A stretch of 64,000 nt of DNA from Paraspadella gotoi (GCA_051294375.1 CM119264.1:10186175-10250174); one strand, 5' to 3'; shown: positions 1-53,821, numbered from the stretch's first letter. Program-made: numbers and translations. Notes: generated by a model from the letters alone, not told the origin.

Positions 1-709
1 CATCGTCGACGTCGTCGTCTTTGTTTTTGTTTTGTCGTTGTTGATTGCAGATAATGGATTCCAGCTTGTACTTGGGGTGTTGGGTCCGATTGATGATAAG
101 AAAAATAGTCTCTGGAAAGATATCCGAAAAGCGGGTATATATTTCACTGAGTTGATGTGTTTGCGCGAAAAATGAATCGAAGAATGGATTCGTATTCTTC
201 TTATTCATTGTCTTCGTCGTCGTCATTTTCGTTGTCTATTTTTATCTCGCTTTGGTCGTTAACGTTAACGTTAATAATAATAACCGCCTAGATAAATCAC
301 TCGTTACCTTGGATGGAACTGAACGAACGGCATGGACAACAACGACGACAACGCTGGAAATGACTATGGGCTAACTATTGAAATTTATAGGGTTCATAAC
401 CAACGTCATCTCATTAAACATTAAACCAAATAAGTATCTTGGTGAAAGTAAGGTGAGATATCGCCGGTAAACACAATGGAGGAAAAAATGTCACGCTTTA
501 ATATTTTATTGCGGAAGCCTACACTTTTAAATATTTAATAACGATTACCGAAAAAGGATCGAATATTTTTAGGAAAAAAATGTCTGTCAATTAATAAAAA
601 AATTAATTATAGTCGACTGCCATGGCGACGTCATTTAGGAAAAAGTAAAGGTGAGCGAAACGCGGACTTCGACGACGACAACAATAATAACGACAAGAGG
701 TTAAAGCTA

Positions 710-749
<40 letters not shown>

Positions 750-1490
750 TTACCTACGAGGTGCGCACAAAGTCGTCGATATAGTCTCATTACGGAGGAC
801 CTTTTACTGCAAGTTTTATGTCCTTCACCTAATGATTATTACGGAAATGTCATTCTCTCGCTCTCTCTCGCTCTCCGCCCGGGAAAAAGGAAAAGTCAAT
901 TCTTCGTGAAGAAGAAGAAAGAATGAGAAGGAGGAGGAAGAGGAGGAGGAACGTCTCGTCATCCTTCTCAAGAAATCTGGCGAGAGGGCGCTGAAGTGGC
1001 GAGGAAATGGGGGCGTGGCGGGAGCGTGGCGGGAGTCGGTCGCGACGTGATTGATTCGTTGAGTTTCACGTTTATTAATTAAAGAATTTTGGTCATGGCT
1101 ACAGTCGGAGACTGGAATCTGGATCTTGTTTAAATGTTTCCTGACCGCCGACAAGCAATTGGCGCTATCGCTACGCTAAAATTAAAATGTTGATGTCTAT
1201 GCGATGTTTTATAATTGTTTAATAATTGTTTATAACTATACTCTGTTTGGAGCTAAGGGGCTAAGTAAAGAGATATAAAATTTCTAACCCCTCGACGACT
1301 ACGAAAAAGACATTTAGTACACTTAACTCCATTGATCTGTTTAACTTTACCTGTCTCTCAAAAAAAAAACAATTTCGTTCTGTCATTAATTCTTCTCTCA
1401 TATCTTTTCTTCGGCCACGTTTATTAGAGTGGAGTACTTGAGAACAAAAATTTGATTTGAGTCAATTAACAATATTACTTTTATGCGTGA

Positions 1491-2092
1491 TACTATCTAG
1501 GAAAAAAGTTAGAAACATTTTTTTTTAAAAGTTCATTTATTCAATAAAAAATATACAAAACATTGGTAAAACATTCTCAATATTTGGTATGCCCTCCCTC
1601 GGCATCGACCACTGCCTGCATTCGTCTGGGCATGCTCTCGTAAAGCTGACACACCAAATGTTTTTGATTTGTTGTATCGCCGTAAAAAATTTGCAATGGT
1701 GGAACGAGGGATTCCAAGTCTATTGCTGATGAATTGTTGCGTCTTTCCCTCTTTTCTCAGAGCTACAATTGCACCTTTATGAACCAAAGAGAGGGGCTGT
1801 CTATTTGGCATAACCAAATTTAAAAAAATGAAAAAAATAACTAACTCAATTTGAAATAGAAACAAATAACTCAATACCAAGAATTGTGGAAAACTAAAGG
1901 CGATTTTTTCCGCCATTTTTCACTTGAGGTAGCAATCTTATTTTGCCTCTACCTTCTATACGGTTGGATCTACGAAAAAATGAAAGGAAATTTAGTGTAG
2001 AATCTGAAACATCCTGATTTTTTAAAAATCGAGCAAGTTTTCGAGTAGATATTCTCAATTAAAAATGTTTCTAACTTTTTTCCTAGATAGTA
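1491..2092 (-). mobile_element. Internally deleted non-autonomous Tc1/mariner DNA transposon
   Basis: Perfect 30-bp TIRs (CTATCTAGGAAAAAAGTTAGAAACATTTTT at 1493-1522, reverse complement at 2061-2090), flanked by TA at 1491-1492 and 2091-2092. Encloses transposase N- and C-terminal fragments. Confidence 0.93.
1577..1811 (-). pseudogene. Tc1-family transposase remnant (HTH plus extreme C-terminus, DDE domain deleted)
   Basis: ATG 1811 gives MPNRQPLSLVHKGAIVALRKEGKTQQFISNRLGIPRSTIANFLRRYNK (paired-like HTH). A different frame then reads QLYESMPRRMQAVVDAEGGHTKY* (stop 1577-1579), the typical Tc1 C-terminus. Minus-strand AATAAA at 1536-1541. Confidence 0.9.
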
Positions 2093-2870
2093 GTATGATT
2101 TTTGAATACAAAAAGTATTTTTTTAATATAATTTTGGGAACCGAAAAGCAAAATACAATATATTTATAGTATTATCCTTATAAAATAAAAAAATTCAAAA
2201 TAGTTTTTTTGAAATTTTTATTAAAAATTCATATTTCTTATAAAAAATTAGACCAAAAATATAAAAGTAAAAACATATTATCACAAATTTATTTGTCTTC
2301 AGTGACAAAATTAGAAGAAAGGTCAAAATTCTTCACTTTTTAACTCTTTGTAATAGAAACTATTATATGATAAAACGTTTTTGTTGTTTTTTGCAGCTTT
2401 AACATATCATATAACATATTTTATATCAGTTTTATATTTTTTTCTGACGAATCCAAATCTGTTATAAAAATTTAAAAAAAATAAATTTGAAATTTTATAA
2501 ATTTATGAGGATATTTTTATAAAGAAAATACAATTTGCTTTACTATTATTACTCGCTTAATCTTTTCATTACTCCACCCTAACGTTTTTACTTAAATAAC
2601 TTAAGTTTATGAGCATTAAGAAGTTTGTCGACGAGACAACTAGTTTTTTTCGTCACTCAGCAATTTCACTGTCCCTTTTTAACTCAACCGGTGGCGAAAA
2701 TGAAGACGTCTTTACCCACAAAATGCATTTATCATTTCTGAGAAATCTCCCCTCCCGCGCTCGTCCCCTTCATTAGTCACGCCGTCCTCAGAGGCGGCGC
2801 CAACCGGGCCGGCGTCGTCTTGGGCGGCGTCGTCTGTCTCGCGTCGACATCAAAGACGCCGGGGAAGATG

Positions 2871-2944
<74 letters not shown>

Positions 2945-3964
2945 CGGCAAGCGAAAGATAGAAAGAGAAAAAAAGATAGGGTGGTAGAGAGAGCGAGAGA
3001 GAGCAAGAAACTCCTAATTTGTTTCTTGGCATTAGGCATATGGAATAACTCTTCTGCCAAATCCTTTGTCTTTGGCTTTTGGACTTTCGGTCGTCGTTGG
3101 AGGCGAAAAGTCGGTGAGGCGTCGTTAAGCGGCGTCCTTGTGCTGCCGTTGATGCAGCAGCGGCGCTGCAGCAAGGATTATGATGCCGAGGCTTTGTCAC
3201 TCTATCCCCATTACATTACAGGTTTTATATTTCTAATTCTCCTTATTTTTTCCTTGTTATATGTCATTTTTATTATTTTTCTCATTATATCTTTTATCTT
3301 TTTTTTTTCTATATATATCATTTTTTCGCTTCTGTGTTTCGCTCTATTATATGTAAATGAGCTTGATACTATTCTGTTTTCGTCATCCTCGTCGTTGGCA
3401 TCATCATCGTCGTCGTCGTCGTTTCCCCGTCGTCTGAGTCGTCGAACTCTTTATCCTCGTAACCGAACCTTAAACGGTTTTTTTCGACGTCATTACGCCA
3501 AAATTAGAATCCATTCGATTTCCACCTGATAATCGTCATCGTCATCGTCGCCGTCGTAGTCGTCGCCATCGTCGTCGCCTTCGACACGCAATCTTCATTT
3601 TTTTTCATCGGAAATCCAATAACTTTTTCTCGTCCAATTTCGCGTTAACTTGCCCACCTTTTTCTTGACTCCCTTCTCCTCACGTTATTCATCAATTCCC
3701 TTGGATCCTTTACCCCCAACCCGGACTCTATCGCCACCCTCTCTCTCCATCCCGTCGAACGACGATTTATCGAAGTCGGGATTTTTTTCAAAACTCATTT
3801 TCTTTTCCCGACTTCTCTTCTTACACCTGCCCCCTCCGCCCTCCAGCCAACCTTTGCCGTTCTGGTTGGGGTAGTAACGCCTTATAAAGTATTCTTGCCA
3901 AGTTGCCATCCACCTTACTTAGAATTCTTTGCGTAGATCTGGATGTGAAGTAGGCCCTTCTATT

Positions 3965-4197
3965 TATAAAATCCCATTCCATCTACACTAGTAGGCATTT
4001 AGTGTGCGTCTCCCATACTCCCCCGCTCTTTCCCTTCTCCCATCACGTCTTCCAGTCAACGACGAAGAGACGAAAGGCAGCTCTTGCTTTGGCTGCAATA
4101 TCAGAGTTCGTTCGAGCCTCGAAGCTGTATCTTTTATCAAGGCTGATTGTTAATTTAGAAGTAAGCTTAACGATTGTATAATATCAGTAGCTGAGAG
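3965..4197 (+). promoter_or_regulatory. Possible TATA box and non-coding first exon of the Ig-superfamily gene
   Basis: TATAAAA at 3965, GCATTT initiator-like site ~32 nt downstream, consensus donor GAG|GTAAGT at 4197/4198. The ATG exon has its own acceptor (5840) and an upstream in-frame stop, so a 5' UTR exon is needed. Assigning it to this site is inference. Confidence 0.3.
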
Positions 4198-4591
4198 GTA
4201 AGTTTAAACCATGGACGGAATTTTGAAAAAAAACGCGACCCAAAACCGGAGCCCCTCAACGTGAATGTCCAATTGAAACGGATTTTTGGAGATTTTGAAA
4301 CATTACCAAGATCTAAGATTTTAAGCTTATGATCACAGATTTGATAATGAAACTATTAAAAATAAAAGATTATTTGGATAAGATGCTCGCTAAGAATTTG
4401 TTAGAGTAACCGTCTTCCTTACAAAAAATGAGAAAAAAAATAGGGGATAAGGAATTAAGGATATAATGAGCTGAGGTCGTTGTCCTCGAAAATGAGAATT
4501 CCTCACTCGCTGTTCTTCGCCGATATGATAAAACAGGATCGTCGTGATGGGCGAATTGGACTGAATCTCGGGAGGAGAGAAGAGAAGAGAG

Positions 4592-4681
<90 letters not shown>

Positions 4682-5196
4682 GGGGACCAGATCTGCATAA
4701 TCGGTCTCACTGAGTAAAATTATTTCGTACGATTCGAAGGAAAGTGAGGGTAGGAAAATAAGAATAGAGGAAGAGAAAGAAAAGGAGGAGAGAAGAACCT
4801 CGTGAAATGAAAGAAAAAAAAAGAGGATCGAATCAGGTGAAGAAGATATCGAGTTGTTTTCTCACAACGTTCGTTTTAAATGAAATAATGATAATTACAA
4901 TTTAAAAAAAGAAGAGGCGAAGCGAGTCTCCCGCCTGATTCCACCTGATGATCTTTTTTTTTAATATCATTCAGCTTTTTCGAAAAAAAAAAGTGGCTTA
5001 AAAAATTGGAGATAAAACGATAAGAGAAAAGCTTCTTTTTCCTCACTAAAACCGATGGAAAGAGGAAACTCAATTTAAATTCATGCGCGCGTAAAGTTGG
5101 AAAATGTCTACGTTCATTAACTCTTTTTCTATTTTACTGTGATTATTTCAGCCGACGACTTTTTTAGCGCAAATTGGTTTTTTTTTTCTTTAGAGT

Positions 5197-5302
<106 letters not shown>

Positions 5303-5933
5303 CAACGTTCTCATCGCCGTCATTTTCTTCGCTGTTACGAGGAATCTGGATAAGATTTAAAATTGCGTGTGAAAATTTTATTTTTTAGGAGACAACTCTA
5401 TCTCTCCCTTTATACTTGCTTTTCTCCCTCTTTCCCTACTAACCTTCCTCCATCTTATTTATCTTTTCCACTTCAGAAAGTTCCATGTATCAAGTCAATT
5501 TTTATTCGCTTCTCGCCCTCCTTCTCGCCAAGCGTTACGAATTTTTGGCTTCATTTTTCAACTTATTTCTTTCTGTCATAAAAAAAAAAAAAAAAATCTC
5601 AAACACCTACGAATAGGATTTTTTTTAATCAACTTATTTCCGATCAATTGAACTTCTTATTTTCCATAAAAAATATTAAAATAATCCGCTCTTGACAATC
5701 GTTTTAAAATTTTCTGCCATTATAATATTTTATGCCACAATTCTTTTTAATATCTAATTTACTGTTTCACCCACAACCACAAATCTCCGTATCTCCACAT
5801 CTATCTCTCAACCCCCCCCACCTTCCTTTTTCCCCCGCAGACCCAACGACGCGGAAGAAGACTAAACAAAAGACAAACGTGTGAAGCAGTAAACACTGCA
5901 TAACAAGAGACAGCTCGCGTGAGAGCGTGAGAC

Positions 5934-46366
<40,433 letters not shown>

Positions 46367-46449
46367 TAATGTGATAGTGATAATCGTTGGAAGCAATAGA
46401 ACCTTCGTAATGTCTATGACGTTTTTGTGACGAATAATGATGATGCCGC

Positions 46450-46526
<77 letters not shown>

Positions 46527-47217
46527 CTAAACAATGGATATCAAAACTTCAAAACCTGAAAGAGAAAAAGAAGGAAAAACCTGCGAATAAAATTGAGATG
46601 CGAACCAAATATTGAAAGGTGAAAATATTAATATCGCGCGACATTTTTTTTCCCTGGTTGAGATTCTCTTCTTCTCCCTTTTTTATTATTTCCTAATCTG
46701 TGTCTTTGGCCTTTCATCTCGACTTTCCTCCCGAAAAATCAGTATATCGCGTTTCCTCATGATCTCTTTTTTTTTCTTTCCTTGTTTTTTTCCTTTTTTC
46801 TAAAGTTTCTTTCGTGATACTCTTTTCTTCTTCTTGCATAACTCTATTTGTTTCTTTTCTTTTCTTCTCTCTTTTTTCATTTTGTTATGTAGTCTCTTCT
46901 CTTCTTTTCTTTCCTCTCCTTTCCTCTATATTACTTCTTTTCCTTTCCTCACTTTTTCATCTCTCTCCGCTCCTCCTCACCTTTTTCCCCCCGTCTCTTT
47001 CTCGTCCACTTTTAATCATCAATTTCGATCTAAAAATTCATTTGTAAATCGTTTTGAATTTAATCACTAAAATCGATATCGAAATCAAATCATTCTAGTT
47101 TTTAAAACAAAAAGATTTAAAGCATTTTATTCTCGCTTGCAAAATATGCAATAGAAGGAATGTGACACGTGAATTCGCTTCACTTAATTTACTTAGTTTT
47201 TTTTTCTATAGAATTTC

Positions 47218-47605
47218 GTAGGGACATCGCTTATTTTTTTATTTTTTAATCCTTTTCTAACCAGATTTTCCAATAGTGACTAATTTTAGCTTAAATTTAG
47301 AATAACTATATTTTTTAAATTTAAAGATTAGGTTAAAAGGTCACGAAAAGGGGATTAGGTTAAGGATTATAGTTAGGGATTTAAGTTAATAATTAAGGTT
47401 ATTGATTATAGATTATGCTTTAGGGTTAAAGGATATAGTTATAGTTATAATTTAGGGTTTGTTTAAGGTTTGGCATTAGGGTTAAAAATTGGGTTTAAGG
47501 ATCAAGTAAAATTTTTATAAAAAATTAAAACTGAAAATTTAAGATCAAATTAAGTTTATGGAATAGGAACAGAAATGGGGCGCTTTCGAAAAGAGTGCCC
47601 TTCTT
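47218..47605. mobile_element. Short interspersed element with degenerate TTAGGG-like array and terminal GC hairpin (Helentron/MITE-like)
   Basis: Degenerate TTAGGG/TTAAGG repeats ~47328-47500; hairpin GGGCGCTTT-CGAA-AAGAGTGCCC at 47578-47600 followed by a T-rich run. Confidence 0.4.
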
Positions 47606-48759
47606 CTTTTCTTGGGGAAATTCCAAACCTTTTTTTTTTCTTGGCTCCAACAAGGTTAAGGTTAAATATGTGCCAAGATCTTCGGACCTTGGGGTTAAAG
47701 TTCATTCTCAATTAGACTGACCTCGATTCTAACCAAAGATTGACCCCCATTTTTGGTCGGGAATTGACTTTCAGTGGATTGACCTCGATCCAGACAGATT
47801 TGGTTAATCTTCAAATTATCAACTAGTATTTCCCCGAGTTGTATTGAAATTGGATCAAAATTGATAAATCACCTTAAGCATTAGCTACCATGTAGTGAGA
47901 AACCTTGAAGGAAGTCTTAAAACGATAATTGTAATTTAATTTCAATCACACGTGAATTGTATCTCGTATTTAATTAGTATACCTAATTTAATCTTCATAA
48001 TTTTGCGTTGAGAAAGAATGACTTTGCTTTCCGCTAGCGCGATTTATTCGATGACGACGACGACGATGACGACGACGACGACCACGACGACGATGAAGGA
48101 TTAAAACGATTTGGATTATTACGCTGCCGTGCAATCGTAGTTGTATGCGTCGTCGGCGTCATTTCGGTCGCCTTATTCTTCTTCTTAGCCAACGTGTCGT
48201 CGCCGTTGACGTCGCCGAAGCAATCGTCGTCCTCCTTGTTGCCGTCGTCGTCGTCGTCATCGTCATCGTCGCCGTTCTTGTCGCCGTCACCCCGCGGATC
48301 GCAGGGAAGAAAGTTTTCGGTGGCGCAAGTGTAGATCAAAGATTCGATCTTTTTTCTGATCTCCTTTTCTCCGATTCGCCTTCGCGCTTTTACGATTCCG
48401 ATTTCCGTTTGAGTGGATCGCATTCGTGGCGGCGTTTCTCTTTGATCGGCGTTTATTCGATCGGCGGAGAAAAGAGAATTAAGAGAATATATTTATATCC
48501 GCACGCCTCGTGCACAATTGTGGAGAGAAGTCAACCATTAGGAGCGACGTTAACCGTTAACCGCATTACTGACAACGTCGTCGCCCTGTTCGTCTTTTTA
48601 AAGCGTGGAGGTAGGAAACTTCCACTTTCCACATAATTAATTTTTTTGTTATTTGACAAATATCATGAATATTTTTAAATTATTTTTTTTTTTCAAATCT
48701 GATATAACCACAATTACGTTTAAATTTCTTTTTATTTCCAAGCAATTTTAGACGAAGCA

Positions 48760-49197
48760 ATGACGACTCCGTCCCTTGACGAAATTTTCGGCTTCAATTT
48801 TTCCTCCGAGCGTGGCGCGATTCAAGGTCACCCCATCTTTTCTAACCCCATCACCGGTTGCGCTACATATGTTCGTCCCAGCAATGCCAGCCCCATCAAT
48901 TGTGGCATCGATCCTCACCCCATCAACCTTCGTGCCTTTTCTCAAGAGATCGTCCCTCGCCCTTGTCTCGAACCCTTTGTCGCTTGTAAACAACAACAGC
49001 AACCGCAACAACAGCAACACCAACAACATCCGCACCAGCATTTTTGTCGCTCAATCGCTGACGAATTTTTAGAAAATGTGAGGAAGACGTTCGTCAACCA
49101 ACAACAGATGGCGTCGTCGTCTCAGTCATCGTCGTCTTGGTCAGCTTCAGGTCTCGGTGGCGCCCCTTCGCTCTCCGTTATCGACGAAAACGGAAAC

Positions 49198-49229
<32 letters not shown>

Positions 49230-49490
49230 CGAAGATGTCGAAAGACCGAAAAGAACATTTAATTTCTCCATCGACGAAATCCTTAAAGTTAAAGAAAGCG
49301 ACACGAAGCTTCAAAAGAAAAGCAAAAAGATTTCGACGACTGCAACAACAACAACAACGACGACGACTCCCGCGATTTTATTTTCCAACGCTGGTCGAGC
49401 CGACGTCAACGCCAACTCCACCAGCTCCCCAGCAGGTTCTCACAGTTCAGAATGGAGTAGAATTAACCGCAATGAGGATCCTTTCTCGAG
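48760..49490 (+). CDS. Msxlx: Msxlx exon 1 (poly-Q, poly-D, eh1 motif)
   Basis: ORF 48760; donor AG|GTGGGT. An acceptor (ttttag, 48750) just upstream suggests an earlier exon. Confidence 0.8.
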
Positions 49491-50616
49491 GTGGGTATTT
49501 GAATTTGAATAAACTTCATTAATATCATAATATGGCATCAGCCGGGTTGCCTGTGATGCCCATTGGAATGGGGCATCTCACTGGTGGCTTTGTGGGCTTC
49601 CGACCCTCTGTGACGCGGTTACCCTAGGACGATCTCGGTTTGCCAACGCAGAGGGAAGTCGTTAGGACTGTAGATGGAACACTACGCCTGGGATGGTGGG
49701 TTCCCCCTCTGAGCCCATGGTATTGGCTGAACGATGGAAGACGTGAGGCTGTGTGAATATACCACCACAATAATATCATTAATGATAAAACCAATTCGGT
49801 ATTTTTCTTTTAAAGTGGCAACACGTCCATCCCTTCGTTTCCTCCTCTCCCGCCGATTTCGTCACCCACGTTTTGGGCTCGAGCTCCACCTTCTCTCCTC
49901 CCCTTCTTTTCGCGAGAACCCACTTGCGGTTCGTCCTTTGAACCCGCCTACTCTGTTCGTCCCCCCATCCTTGGATCGTGGCCGCCCGTCCGGGCCGCCA
50001 ACGACGACGCTCGTCTCGGGCGCCCCGATCCCGGCGGGCTGTCCCTTTGGCTGAATTTGATCGAGGAGCCCCGACGGCCGGCGAGAAGGGACCGATCCAA
50101 ACACAAGAGGCTGGGCCGTAATCCCAGGATACCCTTCTCGCCTTCCGAGGTAAAGCGGAGCTTGGGTTAGATCAGGGGTTCGAGCTCCGTCGAAGCTCGG
50201 TTGAATATGATAATGAATGCGATGATGAATCGGAAAATGAATCCGCTGTCGGTACATCGTCGAGCGGGAGGAAGGGAGAGGAATCAATCCCCGGCGAAGA
50301 ATAAGCTCAGCCGTCGTTTCCGCGCGGAACTTATCGAAAAAAATCAAGAGCGGCTTTTTTCTTCCTCTGGAGGTTTTTTTTTCCCCCTACGGTCTCACCC
50401 ACTGAAAAAAAAAAAGCGGGGAATTTGCATAAAAAGGAAATTTCATTCCTTCCCAGTCTTCGGCACACGTATCCCGTTCGTTTACATATTTATGATACAA
50501 TTTTTATTACGTTCCGGCTTGCGTTAATTGCGCGTTCCCGGACGGTTTTCTGGATTGGGTATGAAGGAAAAAAAAAAACGATGAAAAATCATATTTGGAG
50601 TTTTTTGTTTTTTTTC

Positions 50617-50698
<82 letters not shown>

Positions 50699-51243
50699 GT
50701 CAAATTGTCAAATTTAACTGTCTTCTTCGTCCCACCTCCTCACTTTTCTTCTCTCCTCCTTCCCTCCTTCCTTCCTTCCTTCCTCCCTTCTCTCTTCACT
50801 TCTCCTTCCTCCTTCCCTCCTTCCCTCCTTCCTCCTTCCTCCCTTCTTTCTTCTCTCCTCTTCCTCCCTCCTTCCTTCCTTCCTCCCTTCTCTCTTCTCT
50901 TCTCCTTCCCTCCTTCCTCCTTCCTCCTTCCTCCCTTCTTTCTTCTCTCCTCCTTCCCTCCTTCCCTCCTCCCTTCTCTCTCTCTCCCAAGGTATCGACG
51001 CTGGAGAGTCGGTTCCGTGAGAGTCATTACCTCTCCTCGATGGAAGTGGTCAACCTTTCCTCCTCGCTTCAAGTCTCTTCGAACCGAATCAAGATTTGGT
51101 TCCAGAATCGAAGGGCGCGAGAGAAGCGGACGGGAGAGTCGAGCCGATCCGACACGCACCGGCTGGAGCAGCTGCGGAGGCTGGAGCAGGAGCTACCGCG
51201 GAGGAAGGAGTCGGAGGGAGTACGTGTGGGAGAGAGGGAATGA
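48760..51243 (+). CDS. Msxlx: Msx-like (Msxlx) NKL-subclass homeobox transcription factor, 438 aa, 3 coding exons
   Basis: Exons 48760-49490, 49816-50149, 50992-51243 (phases 2, 0). Homeodomain GRNPRIPFSPSE|VSTLESRFRESHYLSSMEVVNLSSSLQVSSNRIKIWFQNRRAREKR; eh1 motif FSIDEIL at 49264-49284; AATAAA at 51584. GRxPRxPF, YLSS and RRARE are Msxlx hallmarks as I recall them. Confidence 0.85.
49529..49770. mobile_element. 242-bp GC-rich insertion in Msxlx intron 1 (SINE or retroelement-like)
   Basis: Flanked by 9-bp direct repeat TAATATCAT (49520-49528, 49771-49779), ends ACCACCACAA, composition differs sharply from the flanks. Confidence 0.55.
49816..50149 (+). CDS. Msxlx: Msxlx exon 2 (Pro-rich linker and homeodomain N-terminal arm); not in the ORF track
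   Basis: ttttaaag| acceptor, 111 open codons ending KHKRLGRNPRIPFSPSE, donor GAG|GTAAAG. Confidence 0.85.
50992..51243 (+). CDS. Msxlx: Msxlx exon 3 (homeodomain helices 1-3, stop)
   Basis: Long pyrimidine tract plus cccaag| acceptor; KIWFQNRR. Confidence 0.93.
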   Translation, partial: VSTLESRFRESHYLSSMEVVNLSSSLQVSSNRIKIWFQNRRAREKRTGESSRSDTHRLEQLRRLEQELPRRKESEGVRVGERE

Positions 51244-53543
51244 GGGGGATTTGCTTCTGTGAGAGGAGGCTTTCTTCGTCGTGGTCGTCACAGTCGTCGT
51301 CGTCTTCGTCGCTTCGGCGTTTTCAGTCGAAATATCAAGAAAAAAAAAAGTGGACGAAACTGTTCAAAAAACGTGCCTTTCTCGCTCTCGATCTCAACTT
51401 TTAATTTTTGTCTATCTTTCTATCTCCCCTTTCTATCACCCTATTTTTTCCGGGTTCTCTTTCACAATGGGGAAGAGATCCGTCTCATCTCCGCGCTATA
51501 ATTTTTCACCTTTGGAAAAAAAAAACGTTAATTGGTTCTTGATATGATTTCTCATTAACGATGTTTGTTCGTCGTGAAATTATAATAAAATTTGTTTTTC
51601 CTCGGAGATTTTCCCAGATATTTTTTTTAGGGACTCTAATCATTACGGTTCATTTCGTTAGTTGAGTTAACCTAGAACATTACAAATTCAAAACTTATGT
51701 TAATTTTTTTTTACGTGCTGAGAGAAAAAAATTCGCGAAGAATATTTGAAGCTTCTCCTGGCACGTACGGTCCAATTAGATCCAATAAACTGGCTAATGA
51801 AAGAAAAAGAGAAATGATCAACAACGAAAAAAAGTCAAAAACTGACCGTCGTTTTCTTTATAAACACAAACACGATAAACTAAAATGAAAGGATTCTTTC
51901 TTCCTCTTCGATCCAGGAGAAGGAAAAAAGGGGCGAGAGACACTAAAGCGGAACAGAGTTTCGTTTTTTTTAAAAGAAGAGATAACGTCCGCTTTCTCCC
52001 CTTTTCTTCCATCAACTTCGAGTCTGAGAGTAGATTGATTTTGAACTTTGACCGGAAAATCTTTCACCTCCATCGCTTCTTTTCGATTCGCGCGTCCCAA
52101 GACTTTTTTTTTTCTTCTTCGGGGAAAAAAACACGGTGTATTAACTCGTCTAAAAAAATTATTTTTCCTTGGAGGTTATATCGGGTTATATACCGAGCAA
52201 AATAATTTCAACGAAGGAATCATGATTTTGCTTAAAGTAATATCACGAATTTTTATTTTATCAACATGATCATTAACATCACATCAATAGAAGGGAAGAA
52301 GGAAACCTCGGAAAACTGGAAAATCTCCGAAAAAAAAACGGTTGCGTCCCTCGTCCCACCAACCATTTACGGTTCTTTGCACCACGAACGCCGTAAGATT
52401 TTGTGGGTATCTTTTCGTGATTTAGACGCATCCAATCATTCAATGGTCTGATTAATGGTGGGCTTAATGGCCGCCGTCTCCTTAGCAACCGCCCACGTAA
52501 CAGACGCAGCCGACGTAGAGGTCTTTAATCATGGTTGCAAGCTTCCGTACTTTCTAAAGCTTTTTCGTCATAACAAAATATTCGACTATCAATTCTTAGA
52601 AATCAACGACGAACCATAGGCAATAATGAAATTCGTTTCTCTCGCTACTAAATAATCAACTATTTTATGCAACCGCCCAATCGGAATCCACACCTGGTCT
52701 CCTCGCCCCGAGACCAAAACAGAATCTTTCAATCAACTTTTATAGAAGGAGCCTTTCCTTGATCTCGAGGGTGTAGGAGTAATTGATTTGTACGTACAAG
52801 AATGGCAAGAATCGAACCACTCTATCATACTATAAATATTAAGTTAAAAATCATTTCAGCGTTGGTAGTTGGTGCGTTTTTTGTTAAAGTTAAAGTTAGA
52901 GAGCGAATCCTGACAGTCTCGGCATTAATTAATCCCCACTAAAAATGAATGAATGATTAAAGGAAAAATAAAAATGTACAGAGAGGTACTCAATAAAACT
53001 TCTATTGTCATGACGATGCGACCATGAAGCCGTCGTTGCGATTTTGGAATCATCAGTTGTATTGTCGTTGGCGTCTTCTCATCGTGATTGCATGTGGTCT
53101 TCGTCTCCCTTCGCCAAGAGATTGATTCAAGCTCGCGACACCCGCCGACATCGTCGACATATGTGAGCGTCATTCATTCTTTATCCCGAGCGTCTTCGTC
53201 GCAGAATGACCTGGTATGGCCCTTGATAGGTCAAAGAAAAATATTCAAAGCAAGGATATAATACGTACATACTAAAATGGAATCCTGAAATGCGTAAATA
53301 TAATAATTTCTCGGTAATTAAACTATTTACAATCTTCTACAATCTATATAACACCAAAGTGATGAATCCGTCAGCCATAACATGACTTCCCTCGCCAATA
53401 AAAAAAGGCAACGACGAAAAGGATGCCGCTTTTCTGTCGATCCAATTCGGTCGCCGTCGTCTTTCAGAGGCGTCTCCCTTTTTGGACGCGTTTTTCTCGT
53501 AAATCAAACGGGGAGGAAAAAAAATTGTTTACCTTCGAGGAAC

Positions 53544-53612
<69 letters not shown>

Positions 53613-53767
53613 TCTCTCCTCTCTTTCCATGCCTTTAATCCCCGGATGTAGTAGGATTCGATGATATCGGTCGAACTCTGCACCCCATCCACGAAAATTC
53701 AGCCTCCATGCCCATGTTTCTCATACGCACCCACCTCTCTCTCACTTTCGTTTTCTTCTCTTTCTCT

Positions 53768-53821
<54 letters not shown>

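Noticed and set aside
47328-47500. Interstitial telomere
   Set aside because: Repeats are too degenerate and bounded by a hairpin; better explained as part of a short transposon.
49862-50347. 161-aa minus-strand ORF
   Set aside because: Antisense shadow of GC-rich Msxlx exon 2; no recognisable domain.
52805-52875. Minus-strand B-box-like GGTTCGATTC (tRNA or SINE)
   Set aside because: No A-box or cloverleaf found.
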